Shown: one piece after another, positions 59,243 to 64,000 of the stretch
Layout of the letters: each line of letters opens with the position of its first letter
Numbering within the stretch: position 1 is the stretch's first letter
Source: an uncultured Chloroflexia bacterium
GTDB lineage: Bacteria; Chloroflexota; Limnocylindria; Limnocylindrales; CSP1-4
Length of the DNA stretch: 64,000 nt
Assembly: GCA_963713975.1 (NCBI GenBank)
Contig: OY970218.1
Location: forward strand, 2,304,001-2,368,000
Reading direction: 5' to 3'
Translations under genes and position numbers: made by a program
Notes under the pieces: generated by a model
What the model saw: only the letters and a program-made list of their open reading frames with translations
What the model was told of the DNA's origin: nothing
The model's database searches: none

Positions 59243-60091
59243 CTACGGCCTGACGAGATCACCGTACTGGTCGGGGCGCCGGTCGCGGTAGAACTGCCAC
59301 GTCTGGCGGACCTCGTTGATGATGTCGAAGTCCATGTCGCGGATGATCAGCTCCTCGTCACGGGGGCTGCCCACCGCGCCCACGAACTGGCCACGCGGAT
59401 CCACGAAGTAGCTCTGGCCGTAGAAGTCGTCGGGGCCGATGTCGGACTCGATGCCGACGCGGTTGATCGTGCCGACGAAGTAGCCGTTCGCGAGGGCGTG
59501 GCTGACCTGCTCCACGCGCCACAGGTACTCGGACAGGCCGCGGCTGGTGGCCGAGGGGATCATCACGATCTCGGCGCCGTTGAGGCCAAGGGCGCGAGCA
59601 CCCTCCGGGAAGTGGCGGTCATAGCAGATGTAGACGCCGACCTTGCCGATCGCCGTCTCGAACACCGGGTAGCCCATGTTGCCGGGGCGGAAGTAGAACT
59701 TCTCCCAGAACCCCTGGACGTGCGGGATGTGCGTCTTGCGGTACTTGCCGAGGTAGCTGCCGTCCGCGTCGATCACGGCGGCCGTGTTGTAGTAGATCCC
59801 CGACGTGGAGTCCTCTTCGTACATCGGGACCACGAGGACCATGCCCGTCTGCTTGGCGAGGTCCTGCATCCGCTTTGTGGTGGGGCCGTCCGGGATCAGC
59901 TCCGTGTAGCTGTAGTACTGCTTCTCCTGCACCTGGCAGAAGTAGGGCCCGTAGAACAGCTCCTGGAACAGCATGACCTGGGCGCCCTGCTTGGCCGCCT
60001 CGTGGGCGTATCCCTCGTGCTTCTGGATCATCGACTCCTTGTCGCCGGTCCAGGTTGCCTGCAGGAGTGCGCCGCGGACGATACGGGGCAT
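59243..60091 (-). CDS. Nitrilase-family C-N hydrolase, probable beta-ureidopropionase
   Basis: FQELF.GPYFC, YRKTHIP, FWEKFYF.PG and YICYDRHFPE (E-K-C triad). Confidence 0.9.
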   Translation of the reverse strand: MPRIVRGALLQATWTGDKESMIQKHEGYAHEAAKQGAQVMLFQELFYGPYFCQVQEKQYYSYTELIPDGPTTKRMQDLAKQTGMVLVVPMYEEDSTSGIYYNTAAVIDADGSYLGKYRKTHIPHVQGFWEKFYFRPGNMGYPVFETAIGKVGVYICYDRHFPEGARALGLNGAEIVMIPSATSRGLSEYLWRVEQVSHALANGYFVGTINRVGIESDIGPDDFYGQSYFVDPRGQFVGAVGSPRDEELIIRDMDFDIINEVRQTWQFYRDRRPDQYGDLVRP

Positions 60092-60243
60092 AGGTTCGAT
60101 CCTCCTCGAGCTAGTGCTCACTCGTGCCGCCCGCCCGGGCGGCGGCCACCCGCGACGTCGGCCGCGGCGGCGAATGGGCGGAGCATAACGCCGCCCGTCG
60201 AGGGGTATCCGGCCCCACCGGCACATGTGGGACAGGCCGGATG

Positions 60244-60480
60244 TCAGTGGCAGGCGCCCGACCCGGCGTCGGTGAATGACTGGCCAGTGACGGGGATGAA
60301 CCGCCAGTCGTAGCCGCCGGCCCGGAGGGTGAGCCTGAGCACGCCGTAGGTGCCCGTGTTCCGGACCTCGCTGTTGGCGCGGATGGTCGCGAATGGCCGT
60401 GGCGGTCCACCGGCGGTCCCGACCACGAACTCCCGGATCCCGTCCGGCAGCGGACGCGGTGCGAAGGTCCCAAAGTCGGG
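60244..60480 (-). pseudogene. 3' remnant of a metallophosphoesterase gene
   Basis: DGIREFVVGTAGG..NSEVRN..TYGVLRLTL..GYDWRFIPV.G.SFTD.GSG.CH* resembles the C-terminus of calcineurin-like phosphatases; the N-terminal catalytic motifs are absent. Confidence 0.65.
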
Positions 60481-60631
60481 CGACGATTGGCCCTGTCGGC
60501 GGGGGGGCCTCGATTGTCGATTGTCCGCGGCATCAGCCGCGTCGTGCGACTTGGGGGGTCGCCGGGCGCAGTCGCGTCCAGGAGCGACGGGCCTCACCCT
60601 CATCAAGGTCGCGGCTCGTCTTGGAGGAGAC

Positions 60632-61852
60632 ATGAGGACGCACCGAGCGACCGCACTTGCCGTGGGGGTCATGCTATTGACGGCTTCGGCTCCCGTCGTT
60701 AGCGGCGCCACGCCGGACCTTCGCGCCGTGGCACCGCCTGGCATCGATCGGTCCGCACTCGCCAGAACTCCGAGCGGCCCGGTTGTGGCAACAGGCAGCG
60801 TGATCGACGCCACCGGCAAGCGCGCGGCGGGCGGCATGGTCGCGGCCGTTGCATGGCCGGCGTCCGAGGTGCTCGAGACAATGAAGGTCGGAGACAGTCT
60901 GACGACGCGAACCATCGGCTGGGCCGTAGTCAGAGCCGACGGTACCTGGACCCTGAAGGTCGACCCGTCGACGTTGACGGGGAGTTACGTCGCCCCAGAC
61001 GGCTCGCTCAACCTTGACTTTGTGGCCTGGGACGCGACGTCGACTGGGTGGTGGGCAGCGCCCGTGTTCCTCTCCCAGGACGACGTCGTGAACGCCCGTG
61101 GCAAGACCGCCTCATCCGCGCCGCCCGCGACGAAGGCAGCTGGCAATGTCGAAGTCGCCCTCACGGCTGCACTGGCCGAACCGCTGGCCGGCACAGCGAC
61201 GCAGTCGGTTCGCACCACCGAGACCTCAGCACCGGTCGTCGCCGCAGCGTGCGCGCCCGGCAGCCTTGTCTGGGACCTGCTCTCGACGCAGAACACGAAG
61301 GCCGCCATCGGCGCGACGTGGCCGTCGGGGACGGGCCAGACCGGCAACATGAAGACATCGACGGGACATGACACGTCGATTGGCGTTGGGTTCAGCGTCT
61401 CCGGAGCATCTGGCTCGTTCGGCCTCAACGGGATGACGACCATGAACGACTCGGTCGGCGCAGAGTGGAACTACTCGGGCAATTACCGGATCTACCGGGC
61501 CGGGGTGCAGTACGGCAAGTATGGTCACCGATGGTGCGGCGCGAGCTACTACGAATATCAAGCGCGCGCCATCGGGCCGACCGGGACCTTTGACTCCCTC
61601 GCCACGACCAACAAGCTGTTCACCCACTGCGACACGCAGGGCGCCGGAACATGGAGCCGCGAGACCAAGACCGGCACCAGCTACACCCTTACGACGGGTG
61701 TCGAGCTCTCCAGCCTCATCGGCGTCGACCTCAAGTCGTCATCGACGTGGACGACGACGCATACCCTCTACTACAAGTTCACTCAGACTGGCCACCTATG
61801 CGGGAGCGATGCGCTTCCGGCGACGGCGTCCCAGGTCAACGCCAAGAACTAG
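60632..61852 (+). CDS. Secreted hypothetical protein, Ser/Thr/Gly-rich beta-type C-terminal domain
   Basis: GGAGGAG SD, signal peptide, 406 aa; more A/T-ending codons than the flanking genes. Confidence 0.8.
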   Translation: MRTHRATALAVGVMLLTASAPVVSGATPDLRAVAPPGIDRSALARTPSGPVVATGSVIDATGKRAAGGMVAAVAWPASEVLETMKVGDSLTTRTIGWAVVRADGTWTLKVDPSTLTGSYVAPDGSLNLDFVAWDATSTGWWAAPVFLSQDDVVNARGKTASSAPPATKAAGNVEVALTAALAEPLAGTATQSVRTTETSAPVVAAACAPGSLVWDLLSTQNTKAAIGATWPSGTGQTGNMKTSTGHDTSIGVGFSVSGASGSFGLNGMTTMNDSVGAEWNYSGNYRIYRAGVQYGKYGHRWCGASYYEYQARAIGPTGTFDSLATTNKLFTHCDTQGAGTWSRETKTGTSYTLTTGVELSSLIGVDLKSSSTWTTTHTLYYKFTQTGHLCGSDALPATASQVNAKN

Positions 61853-61869
61853 GGAGCCTTGGAGGCATC

Positions 61870-62493
61870 GTGCGACGCCGGTCGATTCTGCTGCTCGCCA
61901 TTCTGATCGCGATCGGCGTCGCCGCCTTCTTGAACCTCACGATGGCCGCGAATGCTGGTCCTCATGCCGATGGCAAGGGAGACCTTGCCTTCATGAACAA
62001 CCCTGATGCCTGGATCGGCTCGGGAGCCGATTCCGCAGCTTCGGGAGCCGCGGACTACACATGGGGCATCCCGGTGTGCGACGCGACCGGGACGGGTGCC
62101 ATCGTGCTCGACAGCGTCGAGCCGACTGGCAGCCTAGGAGCCGGTGCGACCCTGATTGGGGCGCTCACCCATCGGATCGGGACAGCCGACGACCACGGCG
62201 TCTCGCAGGTTCCAGGCTATCCGCCATATGACGCTCTCCCTGGAGTGACACTCCGCCCCATCGCCGGAACCGCTGTGACGGACCCGTGCTCCAGTAGTGC
62301 CAGAACCGAAGTCCTGGTCGGCTTGCGCATGGCGTCTACTGCCGGCGGTGGCTGGCGAGGCGTGAGCATCAAGTACCACGTCCGTGGGCGACCGCAAACC
62401 CTCCTCGCCAACGAGTACATCGTGATCTGCGGGACGGCCTTGACGTGCGAGGACATCGCCCGCGACATGCCGTCCTCGTCACCGGTGCGCTGA
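61870..62493 (+). CDS. Secreted or membrane-anchored hypothetical protein
   Basis: GGAGG SD + GTG; MRRRSILLLAILIAIGVAAF; four Cys; atypical codon usage. Confidence 0.75.
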   Translation: MRRRSILLLAILIAIGVAAFLNLTMAANAGPHADGKGDLAFMNNPDAWIGSGADSAASGAADYTWGIPVCDATGTGAIVLDSVEPTGSLGAGATLIGALTHRIGTADDHGVSQVPGYPPYDALPGVTLRPIAGTAVTDPCSSSARTEVLVGLRMASTAGGGWRGVSIKYHVRGRPQTLLANEYIVICGTALTCEDIARDMPSSSPVR

Positions 62494-62831
62494 CAACCCT
62501 TGGCCAGGACGCTTGGGTGGAGGCCTGCAGAGCGCGACCATCGCGCGGTGCCGCCCGCGTGCAACACCTGGCCAGCGTGGCCAGTACGTGTCCCGCGGCA
62601 GCACCCCCTGGACCCTCTCGGGCTCGGATAGGCAGGCCGGACTTGGACGCCTCGATCGCGGTGATGCGGCGCGTATCGGAGGAGATCCGGGCCGACTGAC
62701 TGGCCGGCGTAACCCGCCTCGCGCGTCGCGCCACGCCGTCCGGCCTGCTCCGCGCTGTGCTGTAATGGCCTTCACGTCTGACCTCGAACTTGCACGGGCG
62801 GGCCCCTGACGCCCCCCGGATCGGAGGAGTC

Positions 62832-64000
62832 ATGGGCACCAGCGAACCCGGCATGACCAGCGAGGAGATCGTCGCCCTCTCGCGCGCACACACGCTTTTC
62901 TCGTGGTCTGTTCAGGGCGCGCTCGCCCCGATCGCCATCGACCACGCGGAGGGCGTCTACCTGTACACCCCCGAGGGGCAGCGCATCCTGGACTTCAACG
63001 CCCAGCTGATGTCGGTCAACATCGGCCACGGTGACAAGCGCGTGATCGAGGCGATCAATGCGCAGGCGGCCAAGCTCCAGTTCGTGCAGCCTGCCTTCGC
63101 CACCGAGGTCCGCGCACGGCTCGGTGCCAAGCTGGCCGAGATCATGCCCGGCGACCTCAACAAGGTGTTCTTCACGCTCGGCGGGGCCGAGGCGGTCGAG
63201 AACGCGATCAAGCTCGCCCGCCACTACACGGGCAAGCACAAGCTCCTCGCCCGCTACCGCGCCTACCACGGCGCCACGGCCGGGGCCATGACCCTCACGG
63301 GCGACTACCGCCGATGGGCCAACGAGCCGGGCATCGTGGGTGTCGTCCGCTACCCTGATACGCACCGCTGGGGCGAGAAGGAGCCGCGCCCCGTCGAGGA
63401 GTCCCTCAATGGCCTCGAGGACGTCATCAGGTACGAGGGCGCCCAGACCATCGCGGCCGTGTTCCTCGAGACGGTCGTTGGGACGAACGGCATCCTCATC
63501 CCGCCCGACGGCTACCTCCAGGGCGTCCGCGACCTGTGTGACAAGTACGAGATCCTGATGGTCGCGGACGAGGTCATGGCGGGCTTCGGGCGGACCGGCA
63601 AGTGGTTCGCCATGGACCACTGGGGCGTCACGCCCGACCTCATGACGATGGCCAAGGGCCTGACGTCGAGCTACCTGCCGCTCGGCGCGGTCGCGATGCG
63701 CGACCACATCGCCGAGGCGATGGAAACGAAGATGTTCTACGGGGGCCTGACGTACAGCAGCCACCCCGTCAGCCTCGCAGCGGCCCTGGCCACGATCGGG
63801 GTCTACGAGGAGGACGACCTCATCGGCAATTCCGCCCGGATGGGTGCCGTGATGCGGGCCCACCACGAGCGGCTGGCCGCCAAGCACCCGAGCGTTGGCG
63901 CCCACCGCAACATCGGCCTGTTCGGCATCCTCGACCTTGTCCGCTCGCAGGATCCGTGGACGCCGCTCACGCCGTTCAACGGGACCAGTGACGAGATGAA
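62832..64000 (+). CDS. Class III aminotransferase (probable beta-alanine aminotransferase), 3' partial; absent from the ORF track
   Basis: GGAGGAG SD; FSWSVQ, AEGVY, LDFNAQL..VNIGH, GGAEAVENA, AYHG, ADEVMAGFGRTG and MAKG. Confidence 0.92.
   Translation, partial: MGTSEPGMTSEEIVALSRAHTLFSWSVQGALAPIAIDHAEGVYLYTPEGQRILDFNAQLMSVNIGHGDKRVIEAINAQAAKLQFVQPAFATEVRARLGAKLAEIMPGDLNKVFFTLGGAEAVENAIKLARHYTGKHKLLARYRAYHGATAGAMTLTGDYRRWANEPGIVGVVRYPDTHRWGEKEPRPVEESLNGLEDVIRYEGAQTIAAVFLETVVGTNGILIPPDGYLQGVRDLCDKYEILMVADEVMAGFGRTGKWFAMDHWGVTPDLMTMAKGLTSSYLPLGAVAMRDHIAEAMETKMFYGGLTYSSHPVSLAAALATIGVYEEDDLIGNSARMGAVMRAHHERLAAKHPSVGAHRNIGLFGILDLVRSQDPWTPLTPFNGTSDEM

Overview
High-GC bacterial chromosomal window, densely coding. 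It contains no rRNA, tRNA, CRISPR array, integrase or transposase that I can recognise. Gene content suggests Chloroflexota or Actinomycetota (inference only). In order: (1) a group 3b [NiFe]-hydrogenase (sulfhydrogenase) operon with fused beta-gamma subunits and an upstream cNMP-binding gene; (2) a convergent four-subunit 2-oxoacid:ferredoxin oxidoreductase operon; (3) an ArsR-led dsrE-tusA-dsrE-tusA-sqr sulfur relay; (4) class III aminotransferase, phosphotriesterase-like gene, osmC, MarR-RND, META lipoprotein, ycaQ-dinB; (5) a PAPS/sulfation cluster (cysQDN, tauE, degenerate sat-cysC, two sulfotransferase-like paralogs); (6) Eis acetyltransferase, sufBD-Rieske, lgt/plsC, pckA, mdh and an S8 protease; (7) a pyrimidine-catabolism cluster with an F420-type LLM oxidoreductase, interrupted by a compositionally distinct pair of secreted-protein genes. 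The most notable unannotated signals are a ~280-nt nested multi-stem candidate RNA (14649-14928), three leaderless short uORFs whose stop codons overlap the start codons of SD-less genes, two small membrane proteins, and two probable homopolymer frameshifts. Most long ORFs in the supplied track are GC-rich shadow frames. Start codons were re-picked by eye, and all product calls rest on motif recognition rather than database searches.
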